A stretch of 53,496 nucleotides of DNA, counting the filler, from Jimgerdemannia flammicorona (Eukaryota), in NCBI GenBank assembly GCA_003990765.1. It is 3 parts of 3 records of this genome, joined end to end, with 100 filler letters (N's around TTAATTAATTAA, not from the genome) between each part and the next. Parts side by side here need not be neighbours in the genome. Positions count along the whole stretch, not along the records: positions 1 to 17,768 come from RBNJ01002416.1; 2 more parts are not named here. One strand, 5' to 3'. Shown piece after piece: positions 1 to 11,664 of the stretch. Below the pieces are notes generated by a model that saw only the letters and a program-made list of their open reading frames with translations, searched no databases and was not told the DNA's origin. The position numbers and the translations under genes are program-made. Position 1 is the first letter of the stretch, and the number at the start of each line of letters is the position of its first letter.

Positions 1-51
<51 letters not shown>

Positions 52-1496
52 GTTACTTAGACTTTGCTATTTATTACCAATCTATTCTATAAAATTACAT
101 TATCCCCTCCTACTACCCAATACCCCTAGAGAGCCCTCTCCCTATATCCTCATACTTAAAAACCACCCTGCCACCCACTACTCCAACTTTTCCCTCACTC
201 TGTCTACAAATTTTCTCTACCAAATAGTACCACTGACCTTTCTGCAGATCCCATCTCAGCCACCAGTCTGTCAAGATGTCCTCCATCAACTCTTCCCACC
301 TCGCCAACTACTCTTCCAAATGTAAATACTTTTCTTTCTCAAAAACAAATAGCCAGTGACCTGCTAGTCCCACTCATACTACTAAAACCCAACCCAAAGT
401 CAGCTACTCCTTCCCCACCCCCCCCACCAATCATCCCTCAGATCCTCCCATTGACCCAACTCACCATCCCCTCTATGTACAGTATCCAATCTATTCCCAA
501 CCACTAACCAGAATTCACCAAGTACCTTACACTCCCCTAGCTAATGTTCTGGTGTCTGCACAAACCCCCTTCCTGTCCCACATTATAGCACTCCTCACAG
601 TTGAAATGCCCCCCCTCCACAAGGTGGTCTGAGTGAAAGTTGAGCATAACATTCCTCCATAGCATGTGCTATCAAACCATCTAGTACTTGGGTGGCAACC
701 ATTGCCTTATCTCTGTACTTTAGGCCCAGACTCCATTCTAGTCCCACTCCTCTCCAATTTCTGCCATCTGCCAGCTGTTAGGCCATATATCCTGTCTCAT
801 CTCTCTCTGGCACTATACTCTATCAACAATATTAAAGTCCATAAGAGGGGCACCCCTTAGTAATACTCAATTCCATCTCTACATTATTAGGCCCCAAGAC
901 ACCTCTCCTTCATCCCTCTGCTAGCAAATTCTGATACAGTGAGCCCCATTTACTACTCTTTACCAGAAGCCCTTAAATCTCATATGCTCATTATTTGGAA
1001 GCCCAACCAAGGACAGTAAATCTCCAGTAGTTCCTCTTAGTGAGCACCTCATCTCTCAGCCTTCTTTATTGGAGAAACCTAGCTACCACCTCTCAGTTTC
1101 ACCACTCTCTTCAACCACTAAGCTCATAGATGAAGCAATCTCTTCAGGAAGTCAACCAGCCCAAGGTCTCCTCTAGCCACAGGTAGTGACAAGATTTCCC
1201 AGCTAATCTGACTCCTTTGTCCAGCTCAGATCCAATCTTTGACCAGCTTCAATAGCCTCTTTATTACTCAGGCTGGAAAGTCCAGATGGTATGACAAATA
1301 CCACATCTTCAGTAGCCAGTAGACATTCAAAATTGTAATGCACCCTACTAAAGAAAGGTGGCAGCCTCTCTAATCTTGCAGGACCTCCCCCCAGATAGCC
1401 ACTTATCACTCCTATCAAGATCATGACAGGACTGACCCATATATAGAGAGATAGATGTCTAACTCATAACCTCTCTAGCAGAGACAATTGTTCCAA
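1..1496 (-). mobile_element. LINE-A (L1/Tx1 clade) 3' fragment with polyA tail, degenerate
   Basis: T-run at 1-48, then the family 3' end (minus strand AATAAA...AGTCTAAGTAACTAT-polyA). Minus-strand remnants match the ORF2 C-terminus (...GRVVFKYEDIGRGLSRGIG). Confidence 0.9.
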
Positions 1497-4400
1497 CACC
1501 TTTCTCCTGTATAATTCACATTACACCAACTTCAAGGAATGGTTTTCAACACAACTCAGAGAAAAGGTACTATAAAAATATCATTGAACAAGAGTTCCTA
1601 TAGGTGTACTGGGTCAGGGGAACCTGGAGCATTCAGCTGGCAGAATGTGGGAAGAGGTTATGGCCTGGAGATGGAGGCCTTTGGAGGGTCGAAGGGTGGG
1701 GAAGGCTCTGGAGATGGACTGATAGCAGGTGGAACTGGGGGAAGGCCTGGTCCCTCTAGCTTTGCAGACAAGGTGAAGGCAAGTGGATGGCTGGCTGTAA
1801 CTAGAGCTGGTGCTGCTGAGGGGAAGGGTAAGACAAGTGTCAGGAGGGGGAGTGGCACTCAGGTGGGGGATGCAAGCATAGGTGCTGGAGGTGCTGTGGC
1901 TGGAGAAGTGACTATTGATAGGAGTGTGACAGAGAATCAGAAAAAAAAAAGAGATGTGATGACTGATGGCAAGGTAGGGCAGGGGTTCCCGATGTAGAAG
2001 GGGGATCTGGTAGATGGTGTGATAGAACTTGTGGTGGCACCATTGCTCAAGAAATTGATTTCAGAGTTTGCAGCTACTATGTGCTTCTGGGGCTTAGTGG
2101 TGACAGTGAGAATGGTCCCGGGGCTTATCTTGAAGCAGGTAGCTAGGGCTGCCTTAGTGAAGTTCCTGAAGGGTCTGGAGGGGGTTGAGGTGGGCTTTAA
2201 GGAGGTGGGCCCACTGGAAGAGGCTCTGAAGTCTAGAGTGGTAGTTGGAAGTAGTGGTCCCCATAGTATGCTATCTGAGGTGGGACCCCAGGGTGGTGTA
2301 GTTGCTGGTAAAGGGGGTGCCTACAGTGATGAAAGAGAAGACTAGGAGGAGGGTGGAGGAGGTGATGGTGGAGTATGGCAATGTGGTGGATGTCAGTTTC
2401 CAGGTATGGGAGGGGACCTCCATCAGGACAGGTGATGTAGATGTCAGAATTAGACTGACTGGCAGTGAGGCCATAGGGAAGATGAGTGACTGGTCATCAG
2501 TGTTGATGTGGAGGGCTTTTGTCTGTAAGGTATTGAGGGTGAGAGGGAGTAAAGAGGAGGAGGAGGACTTGTTGGAGGCTCTAGAGAAGTTGAGTAGTGC
2601 TGTTGAGCAGAGGGCGAAGGCCTGGAAATTGTATGTAGAGTTGATGCATCTGGAGATTGTTGATGAGAAGTATATTCATACTAACAAGAGACAGTAAGAG
2701 AGGGCTCAAGGATGCAGGAGGCAGAGGGAGTTGCCGGTGAGCATGGAAGGAGGGGCAAAGATAAAGGCTGGGGGCCCTGAGAAGTCTGAGGGAGTGGAGG
2801 CAAGTGTCTGGACTAGCAAGAGAGGAGGAGATCAGGAGGAGGGCCTGGAAGGAGCTGTGAAGGCACCACTCAAGGACCCATTTGCTGATGGTACATTCGA
2901 GGTCTGGGACCCAGTTATGGATGACACTCCCCCTCTGATTAGACAGGGTCCAGCTGTGAGGGGATGGGTAACAGAGGATGAGCTGATGCAGAGTACTCAG
3001 CAGATACACTTTGGGGTTCCTGATGTTGCAAAAGGAGGCCAGGTAGTGGCCATTGATGAGGATGAGCTGGTGGATGTCCCTGAGGAGAGATGGGATGAGA
3101 CTACCAGTATAGGGGCAGATACTACAATACTGGATACAGGAAGGCCAGGGACACCTGGAGAGAAGAAGGTGGGGAACCTGCTGTGGATGAGCAAGGTGAT
3201 GGATAACCTCATAGCTGAGGAGTTGGGGGAAGTGGACCTGTGAGTGATAAGTGAGAAGCATTGGGCAGGGATTCTGTGTGGAGAGGGGGTGGTGGGGGCA
3301 GTGAAGGTAGAGATTCTCATGATTTTTCTGGAGGAGGAGGGATATGAGGTTGATAAGGTGAGGGAGGCAGAGCTGGCAGTTGTTGCTGGTGAGCAGACTG
3401 CCTACTATTGGGCAGAGTACTATAGTTTGCAACTATGGCAGGAGGCATGCCTAAAGTATCATAAGGACTTTGAGAAAAAGGAGGATGGGGTGATGGCTGA
3501 ACTTCTGGAAGGGTTGGAGGCACAGGCAGCTAAAGAGATGGGGCTGGCTGCAGAATATGACTTAGACTTAGCACAGGAGGAGTTGAATGCAGATTTGTAG
3601 AGAATGTGATTGATAATCAACATTTTTCCTAATGAACAGTATAACTAACATTTTCTCTCTGAATGTGAATGGATTATGGGGTTCTGGGCAGCAGAAAAAC
3701 ATTTTTACTTGACTTAAGGAATTGAAGCTGATCTCTTTTTACTGCAGGATGTACAGTGTGAGAGAGGAACATCAGGAGGAGTGGACTAGAGAATGGGGAG
3801 GAGCTACTGCTTGAATTGGCAAGGTGGCGATTCTGATATAGAAGGGTAGAGGAGATTTGGGTGAAATCAGGAGCTAGGGTGACCACTTGGTCTGAGGAGA
3901 ATGGCATTAATCTGGATGGGAATCTGTAAAGGTTGGCTCCTACTACTGCCCTACAGTTAGGAGTGAGCAGATTGAGTGGATTAGAGATTTTTTGGAGGAG
4001 GGCATTCTTTTGAAGGAAGGTGTCAATGTTCTGGAGGTGACTTTAATATGGTGTAGGATCTACAGTTAGATAGAACTGATGGAGGGTAGGGTGCAGGTAG
4101 GAGGAGTGGTGGACTGGATAAGTGGGAGGAGGCAGAGAATCTTAGCTCCTTAGGAGATATGGGTAGAACATATTGGGGCAACAGGAGGGTCTATACACAC
4201 TGGGTGAATGGGCTGGGTATGAGAATTGACTGGATTCTGACAGCTGAATGTTGGGGTGTTGATGTTTGGAGGACTCTGGAGGTGGAGTAGTGCCCATGGT
4301 CCAATCACTGGGGGCTATTGAGGCAGGGGCAGTTTGGGGAGAGTGGAGATGGACCTAGACATTGGTATCTGAACTCCTCCCTGCTGGCTGAGAAGGGGTT

Positions 4401-5730
4401 GTGGGACCCATGGGTGGAGGGCATTCAAGTGAAGATCACTCACTGGATATGAGGGTTCATCTGTAGGTACTTGCTGGATGAAGTTGAAGGAGGCTGCAAG
4501 GGTATATTAGGGAGAAGCTGATAGGGAGGCTGGGAGACAGAGAAGGAAGCAAGTGAGGTGTGCTTCTAATAGGTTGATTAGATTGCAGACAGAATGGGCT
4601 GATTTGCTGTCTTCAGATGAGGTGGAGAATTGGAGGTTGGAGAGGGCAAAACTGGAGGTAGTGGAGTTGCAACAGATATTGAGAGAGGAGAAGGAGATTC
4701 ATATGAAAGGAATGGCTGCCAGGCTATAGTGGCAGGGGCTTGAGGAGAGTGAGTGGCCTACTAAGTACTTGTCTAGGCTTCTCCAAGCTAGGAGGGTATG
4801 GTATTGATGAGATGGGATCTTTGATACCAAGGGGGAAATGGTACATAGGATGCAACAGATCTTAGGGGAACTGAAGGAGAGATGGAGGGGTCTGTGGAGT
4901 GAGGAGGAAGGGAGTGCAGAAGAACAGGCAATTGGAGACATGCTGGAGGAGTGGGATCTGCTGCAAGTAGAAGGACTTGGTGACTTGATTGTACTGGTCC
5001 AAGAGGAGGAGATCCAGAGGGTCCTTGTAGCAACCAAGCTTGGGACAGCACCAGGAGAAGATGGGTTACCTTGGGACTTCTAGAAGAAGATGGCAAAGGT
5101 CCCTGGAGTGTTGGGAGAGATGGCAGCTCTCTGTGACCATATTCTTCTGAATGGCAAGTGGGTTGGAGAGCAGGACTTAGGACTGGTGGCCTTATTGTAC
5201 AAAGACAAGAGGAGGAGGGAGGACTGGAAGAACTGGAGACCAATCATGCTTCTGGATATGGACAGGAAGATGGTGACTAAGGTGATTGTTGCAAGGCTAC
5301 AGAAAGTTGCCCAACAGGTGCTGGGTGAGGAGCAGCAGAGCTTTGTAGGAGGCAGGCTTATAAGAGATGGGACTGCCTGGGTACATGGTGTCATTGAAGG
5401 GGTCCAGGCTTGTGGACTGAATGATAGACTGGTCTTTTTGGACCAGGAGAAGACCTATAACTGTGTTTAATAGATTTGGCTGGGCAAGGTGCTGGATAGA
5501 ATTAGTGTTCCCCCACAATTTCAGACTTCTATATTGAATCTATTGGAGGGCAGTAGGGCTATACTGATGTGTAATAGTGTAAGCGCACAACCTCCAAGCC
5601 ACCGAAATGATACGTCACCCTCTGAACAAGCCACTGAAATCACACGTGACCTCCGAACAAATCTGGAAATCACCTGCTTGATCACGAAGCATAGTCAAAT
5701 GGAAGTCACAGCACACAAAGCTGAGTCAAT

Positions 5731-6963
5731 ATGAAGTCACAGAACACAAGATCTACACAAACGGAACCTTACCAATCAGGACCAAATGCATATATACTGA
5801 GCACCAAGACGCGTCGAATCAGAGAACCAAAACAAACAACAACCACAACTTCCAAACACACAAACATGACCACTGAGATCTACAACTGCATCCACGCTGA
5901 CATTTGGAATGCCATTGTCAACCGAGCCACACCCCCTCTGCCCCTCATGAATATCCATAGCCTAGCACCTCTCTACTTCGTAGAAGCCCGATGGAATGCC
6001 CTGAACATGCTTAGCGAGGCCCACCGAATTGGACAAATCTCAAGCTACTACCAGATCGGCCGCCTCTTAGAAGACATAGTCGAACACCACCACGATACAG
6101 ACATGACCCAGATGTCTCAACACCAGAAGCTCATCGCCCGCAAACATCGAGAACTCTTCTATGAGTACAACACCATTATTTCCCGCCTCCGAGTTACTAC
6201 CAGTGAAATGGTTGCTACCCTGTCCTACGGCCAAATCGATGACATGATACAAGAAATCAACCACAAGTACCTCGAGTATATCGAAACCACAGACAGAACC
6301 TTCCCGCACCCCGATGACCATATCCTGCAAATGCCTCAAGTCGGATACGCCATGAAGGACGTTTACGATATAATCCACTTCGACGAAGACAAAGCAGAAG
6401 ACAATGATCCCTCTGATGCCGACATGACCTCTAGCCAAGGATCTCTGCCAACCCTGATCACTCCGCCAACCTTGCCAATGAACTTACAACAGTTCATAAC
6501 TACATACGAGACTTATTGGGACAATGACCACTGGCACGAATACCAACTCGCGTTCACTCCCGATTACTTCAATTACAATGAAGAGACCGGAGAACACAAC
6601 CTGTACCTTCAGACAACCCTTGAGATCGAACCAACCACTCCACCACCTGAGTACGAGCAACATGAACCACAGCCGCCAGCATACTATAACCCTGCAACTC
6701 ATAGTGCTGTAATCTATAGAAGGTATGCAGACAGCGAATCTGATGAAAGCGAAGACAGTACACCCATCCTTCGCCCACCAATACCTTATCTAGCATATAA
6801 AACAGACAATGCTATCCTGTGGGACGGAGATAAAGTTCCAATATATTACTACCTCAGCCAACAAGGAGAAGTAATCCACGAACTATTATTCCTAAACAAC
6901 TACTTCATCAGAGATGATGCAATCGATGGTGATGTCATCGAGGACTACCCAGATAGTGCCTAA
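5731..6963 (+). CDS. Intact 410-aa LTR-encoded accessory protein of unknown function (alternative start 5866)
   Basis: Uninterrupted, CpG-retaining ORF inside LTR-1. The N-terminal domain aligns with degenerate ORFs at ~11880-12747 and 46441-46887. Acidic/Pro-rich C-terminus with PPEY and PPAY. Confidence 0.8.
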   Translation: MKSQNTRSTQTEPYQSGPNAYILSTKTRRIREPKQTTTTTSKHTNMTTEIYNCIHADIWNAIVNRATPPLPLMNIHSLAPLYFVEARWNALNMLSEAHRIGQISSYYQIGRLLEDIVEHHHDTDMTQMSQHQKLIARKHRELFYEYNTIISRLRVTTSEMVATLSYGQIDDMIQEINHKYLEYIETTDRTFPHPDDHILQMPQVGYAMKDVYDIIHFDEDKAEDNDPSDADMTSSQGSLPTLITPPTLPMNLQQFITTYETYWDNDHWHEYQLAFTPDYFNYNEETGEHNLYLQTTLEIEPTTPPPEYEQHEPQPPAYYNPATHSAVIYRRYADSESDESEDSTPILRPPIPYLAYKTDNAILWDGDKVPIYYYLSQQGEVIHELLFLNNYFIRDDAIDGDVIEDYPDSA

Positions 6964-7007
6964 ACCTGTAAATAGTCTAGCAGTCATAGTATAGTTAGAT
7001 TAGCCTT

Positions 7008-7283
7008 GTACGACGTGACTGTGAACTGACTCAGCAATCAGACGATCTCTTGACATGTCAGATCACACTCGTACTACGTGACTGCATTCTGACTCAGCAA
7101 AGCACTTAGTGCTACATCCATATCTAGCCTAGTCCAGATAGCCCCTTACTAGTATAAATACCCCCTCCCCCAGACCTCAGAATCTCAGACTTGAACAATC
7201 TGAACACAACTTCTGAGCACTTCCCCACAATATCCCTTCACACAAATACTCCTAGTATAGCAATATCATGAATAGCAAATAAA
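7008..7283 (+). promoter_or_regulatory. LTR-1 enhancer repeats, TATA box and polyA signal
   Basis: Two 30-bp direct repeats (7008-7037, 7071-7100), each with ACGTGAC and TGACTCA. TATAAATA at 7153-7160; AATAAA at 7278-7283. Confidence 0.6.
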
Positions 7284-9418
7284 CCTATTCCATAACCCAC
7301 AAATCACTCTTAAGTAAATCCGCTCTCTGTTAGGTCCTACTCCTAACCCTGTCACGAAATTTCCTAATTGGGTATTGTCTGCAGCGATACGCCAATTCAA
7401 CTAAGCTGGTCTTAGTTTCTTGAACTTCCTGAAATATGGAAAACCCTGAACATCTAGAACTAGTCCGAAAAAGAACTTTGGTTGAGACATCAACCCAATC
7501 TTGAAATCGATAAGCGTAGAGGACATACTCCATATGAAATTGATCTTGACCATAAGAAAATGGTCTCCCAGAACATCCAGAATATCCAGAAAACCCTTTC
7601 AGAACTACGTAACGATTACCCTAAAAAGTAACCCTCTTACAAATGGTCACCAGGGTCTGGCATTTCTCTTGGGAAGAGGAGTTCCACAGGGAGATCCACT
7701 GTCACCTATTCTCTATACTCTTTCATTAGAACCTTTGATGGATAGGATTTGCCAGAAGGTGACAGAGTTCTTTATATATGGTATTGTGTGGAAAGTGGGG
7801 GCTTTTGCAGATGACATGGTAGTTAGACTTGGCTCTATGGCAGATATTGAGGTACTTAAGGAGACAGTGGAATGGTATGAGCCACACTCTGGGGTAAAGC
7901 TTAACTAGCATAAGTGTGAGATAATAGTGCTAGGAAATGGGCTAGTGGGTGGGGATGTCATTGGAACAATTGTCCCTACAGAAGTGGTAGTGCAGTATCT
8001 GGGCATCTTCCTTTCTATATATGGATCTGTCTTGCCACAAGAGTGGTGGGAGAGGAGGGTGACCATTTGGGGGGAGGCCCTTAGATGTTGGGGGGGTTGT
8101 CATATCTCTCTGGCAGAGCAGGTGTTGATTCTGAATGTCTACTGGTTCCCCAAGCTATGGTACATGACCTATCACTTAGACTTCCCAGCTTGGGTGGTAA
8201 AGAGGCTGACAAAGATGGCTAGAGATTGGATTTGGGCAGGAAGAAGATCACAGATCAGTTGGGATACCCTTATAACACTGGTGGTTAGGGGAGGTCTAGA
8301 CCTTGTGGATTTCCCTAAGAGGTTGTACTGCCTGCAAGCCTGGTGGTTGAAAAGGGCTATTGAACTGCAGGGAGGGAGTTGGGTGCCATTGATGCAGAAG
8401 GTGTGGGAGATGAGATCCTCCCCTCAAGGGTTCTTAGGAGATTTGCTCTCTCTGGTGGGGCTGAATAGAAGTCGATGGCTGCAGTTTAAGGGCTTCTGAT
8501 GGGGGGTGGTGGATGGAGTACACTGAATAGGTCTGCACTAGCATGGTAATGAGGGGGAGGTGCTGTGGGGTCCAGCTAGTGGTGATGGGACAGACTGCTT
8601 CTGGGGGGTGCTCTGCTTGCTAAGTTTGATATTGGGGATAGAGTGGAGTGTCAGTGGGGTCTTGGCCAGGATCTTTGCCAAGTGGCTGGTAGGCAGTGAG
8701 GATTGGTAAGGAGTGGGACTGGGCAGGAGTCTGGTCATGGAGTGCTGAGGTGCAGCGGTGGCTTTCTCCCAAGTTCTGGATAGTATATGGCAGAAGCTGT
8801 GGAGGAACATTATGTTGAATTTCTGTGCTGGGCATCTGGTGGAGGGTGGTTGATTAGATTGTAAGGAGTGTTATAATGTGAGGCAAGTTGGGGGATTTGT
8901 GCAGATGCCAGAACATTGGCTGGGAGAGTGTGAGGTTCTGGGAGACTTTTGGATAGCAGTAGAGAATCAGCTGGGTATAGTGAAGAGGCTGGATGGAGAG
9001 AGAGGTTACTGGGAGGATTTTAAATCTCAGCTAGTGGGTGGTGTGGGCAATAGTTGGCTCACTATAGGGTGGGTTTTAGTGGTATGGATTGGACTGGCTG
9101 GACATTGGCTCTTTGTTTTTGAGGAGAGGTAACAGATAGATTTACAGAAGAAGTTGTTAAGGTGGGAGGGGTTGATGGGGGATCTGCTGACTGGGTGGTA
9201 GGTGGGTTGGGGTCCCCAAGGTGGGCAACATTGCCACCTGGTGGAAGGGATCTGTGAACAGAGTGGTGGGCAGGTGGAGATGGTATTAGACAAGGTGGTC
9301 TTTCATCGAGTGGAGATAGGGAGAGGGGGCCCCCCCTAGGGGGATTGGATAGGGTTGGGTGTTGTATATTATTTAGAAGATAGATAGGTGTATTAATAAA
9401 GGAAGAAGTCCAAGTGAC

Positions 9419-9452
<34 letters not shown>

Positions 9453-10087
9453 GCCTATCCTCCTAAGCGACGAGGTTCGCCCAGGTAATGGTCATGCCCG
9501 CAAGTGAGCCGAGCAAGCCTATAATCGTCGCCTCGTCGCCTCAAAGACCATGGCGGTGGTGGCGAAGTACGACGCGTGCCCGACCCACTCCAGGATCGGG
9601 CGAATGAAGATGGTCAGAAACTAGGCGACGACAACCTTATGTCATGTATCTTTGGTAAGACAGGGTGGATGTCTCTACCATTGGCAATAGTGCAAAGAGT
9701 GAACAAGTTGACCGTGGAAAACTAAGGGAAGATAAAGGGCGTGAACACGACGCTAGACTCGTATTCAGCAACCTCACTAAGTGATTCAGTAGCAAAAACG
9801 TCGAATTTTTTTTAGGCTACAGACCATAGAAGTCGATCGTTGTTCTGAAATGGTTCTACGTGTGCTTTCGAGAAGTATATACGTGTGCTGGGCTTTTGCG
9901 GCACCCATACGAATTTTCATACATAGTATTTCAGCTGACTTCCTATTTCAACATGCCACAATTTTCTCGTCGTCATCTCTGCTCTCATAATTACGTCATT
10001 CATTGTTAATGGCCGAAACAAAATGACGTCTCGCAAATTCCGACTGGGGTAACTCGTATGTTCGCTGCACGGGCATGGTTTTGTAGT

Positions 10088-10175
10088 GTGACGCGGGTTT
10101 GTAGTGTGACGCGAGTTTGCGAGACGCGATTTCAGGTGACGCGTTTTGCTGGATGACGCGTCTCAGGTGACGCGT
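10088..10175. promoter_or_regulatory. Cluster of six GACGCG motifs (three perfect MCB, ACGCGT)
   Basis: ACGCG at 10091, 10109, 10124, 10139, 10156 and 10170, in a CpG-retaining island within an otherwise CpG-depleted window. Confidence 0.5.
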
Positions 10176-11078
10176 GGGGTCTGCGTCGAGATTTTGGGTA
10201 TGTCAGCAGTGGAATCCAAGCGGATATTAATCTATTATTAATACCTTTAAATATCTTTATAGAACTTTATTAAAGAAAGGAAAGTAGATATGTGTAAATG
10301 CCCTTAAATTAACATATCTCAAAAATGGGCCTAAGAGAGACATTTTAGACTATAAGATAAAAAAGAATTAAACCTTTGAAAAGAAATATTTATAAGACTT
10401 ACAGACCTATAATATTAGAAAATTTTAGCAAAGATTTAGTATAAATTAAATTTTAATATAATCAGTATTTTTGAAATCTATAAATAAACAGTATATAACA
10501 AGAGATTTCTTTTTAAGCTCTTCAGATGGCCTCTTTATTATCAATTTCTTATAGTTAATTTTCTCATGAAATTGTTACAAGAGAAATGGATGAGTCTAAA
10601 AGCTGGATTTCTTAGATACCTCCTTCCTTGTCCAAATGCATGCAGATTCCAATGAGTCAAGTCTCCCGAATTTGAATATGTCACCCGAAACACGTCAGAT
10701 CTCCAGAACGCCATAAATAAGGTTTATTGCCAGGAAAACACTCAAGTTCGTTGCCCGCACGCGTTCTCAGCCAAATCAGACAATATTCAGTACTCAGAGC
10801 CAACCTTGGTACAGAAATAACTTGCTGAGTAGCACATTGAGTTCATACAAACTCATCACTATACTATATAACTACAGATAAATATAAAATAAAACATTAA
10901 CAATATTTTATTATTTTTAAGAACTGATAAACTATTTTAAGATAAATTTATAGATCTTATATAAATTAAATTTTTATTAATTATATCTCTCTTAGATTAT
11001 AAATACAATTTTTGAAAATAATAATAATAATATTATTATTATTAGAATTTTAAATTCAAATTTATCTATAATATAATC

Positions 11079-11241
11079 TAGTATTTGGAATAAATTGAAT
11101 TAAATTGAATTTGCCTCCAATTTAATTCAATTTAAAATATTCAAATTGAATTGAGGTCTAATTCAATTTGAATTTGATTTTATTGAATTAAATCAGGCCT
11201 CAATTTGATTTAAATTTAATTTGATTCATTTGAAAGCACTA
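11079..11241. mobile_element. hAT-type MITE
   Basis: Ends TAGTATT...AGCACTA; perfect 8-bp TSD atataatc (11071-11078 / 11242-11249); internal AATTG/AATTC repeats. Confidence 0.7.
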
Positions 11242-11664
11242 ATATAATCTAAGAGATAATATAAATATATAATTTTTTTTTATATAAAATATTTTTTATA
11301 ATTTATAATATGTTTTAATATTTAATAAAGTATATATCTTAATATATCTTTTTATCGAAAAATAATTATTAAAAGCTCTTTAACTATTAAATTATACTAA
11401 AGTTATTAGTTTATTTATTATATATATATATATACTTTTCTTTTTTAAAACTAAGTCTAGTACTTCCAAATAAATTGAATCAATTTGAATTAAATTAAAT
11501 TGAGAGTTATTTAAATTGAATTGAATTGGGGATTTTTTTAATTTAAATCAAATTTAAATTGAATCAAGGGTCTAATTCAAACTCTATTTTTAAAAATATA
11601 ATAATTCAATAAAAACATATCTAAATTTAACAATTCTTAACTTATTAGATTTATCTTATATATG

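Larger units (their letters stand above)
5578..7641 (+). mobile_element. Solo LTR-1 (2064 bp) carrying an internal ORF
   Basis: Ends TGTAAG...CTTACA. 5-bp TSD aatag (5573-5577) / aatgg (7642-7646). Splits the LINE RT sequence LMCN|GH. TATAAATA at 7153 and AATAAA at 7278. No gag/pol. Confidence 0.88.
1497..9450 (+). mobile_element. LINE-A full-length degenerate copy (ORF1 ~1590-3600, ORF2 ~3631-9350), interrupted by a solo LTR
   Basis: 5' motif cacctttctcc. ORF1 pieces match ORF1 at 32346-34376. APE motifs: IFSLNVNGL, GDFN, RIDWIL. RT motifs: APGEDGLP, NWRPIMLLD, FLDQEK, GVPQGDPLSP, AFADD, YLGI. PolyA at 9422-9450. Many TAG/TGA stops. Confidence 0.93.

Noticed and set aside
10081..10175. Regularly spaced repeats as a CRISPR-like array
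   Set aside because: Units are too short, there are no proper spacers or cas genes, and the context is eukaryotic.
10580..10860. CpG-containing patch as a host exon
   Set aside because: No recognisable protein in the frames examined; left unassigned.
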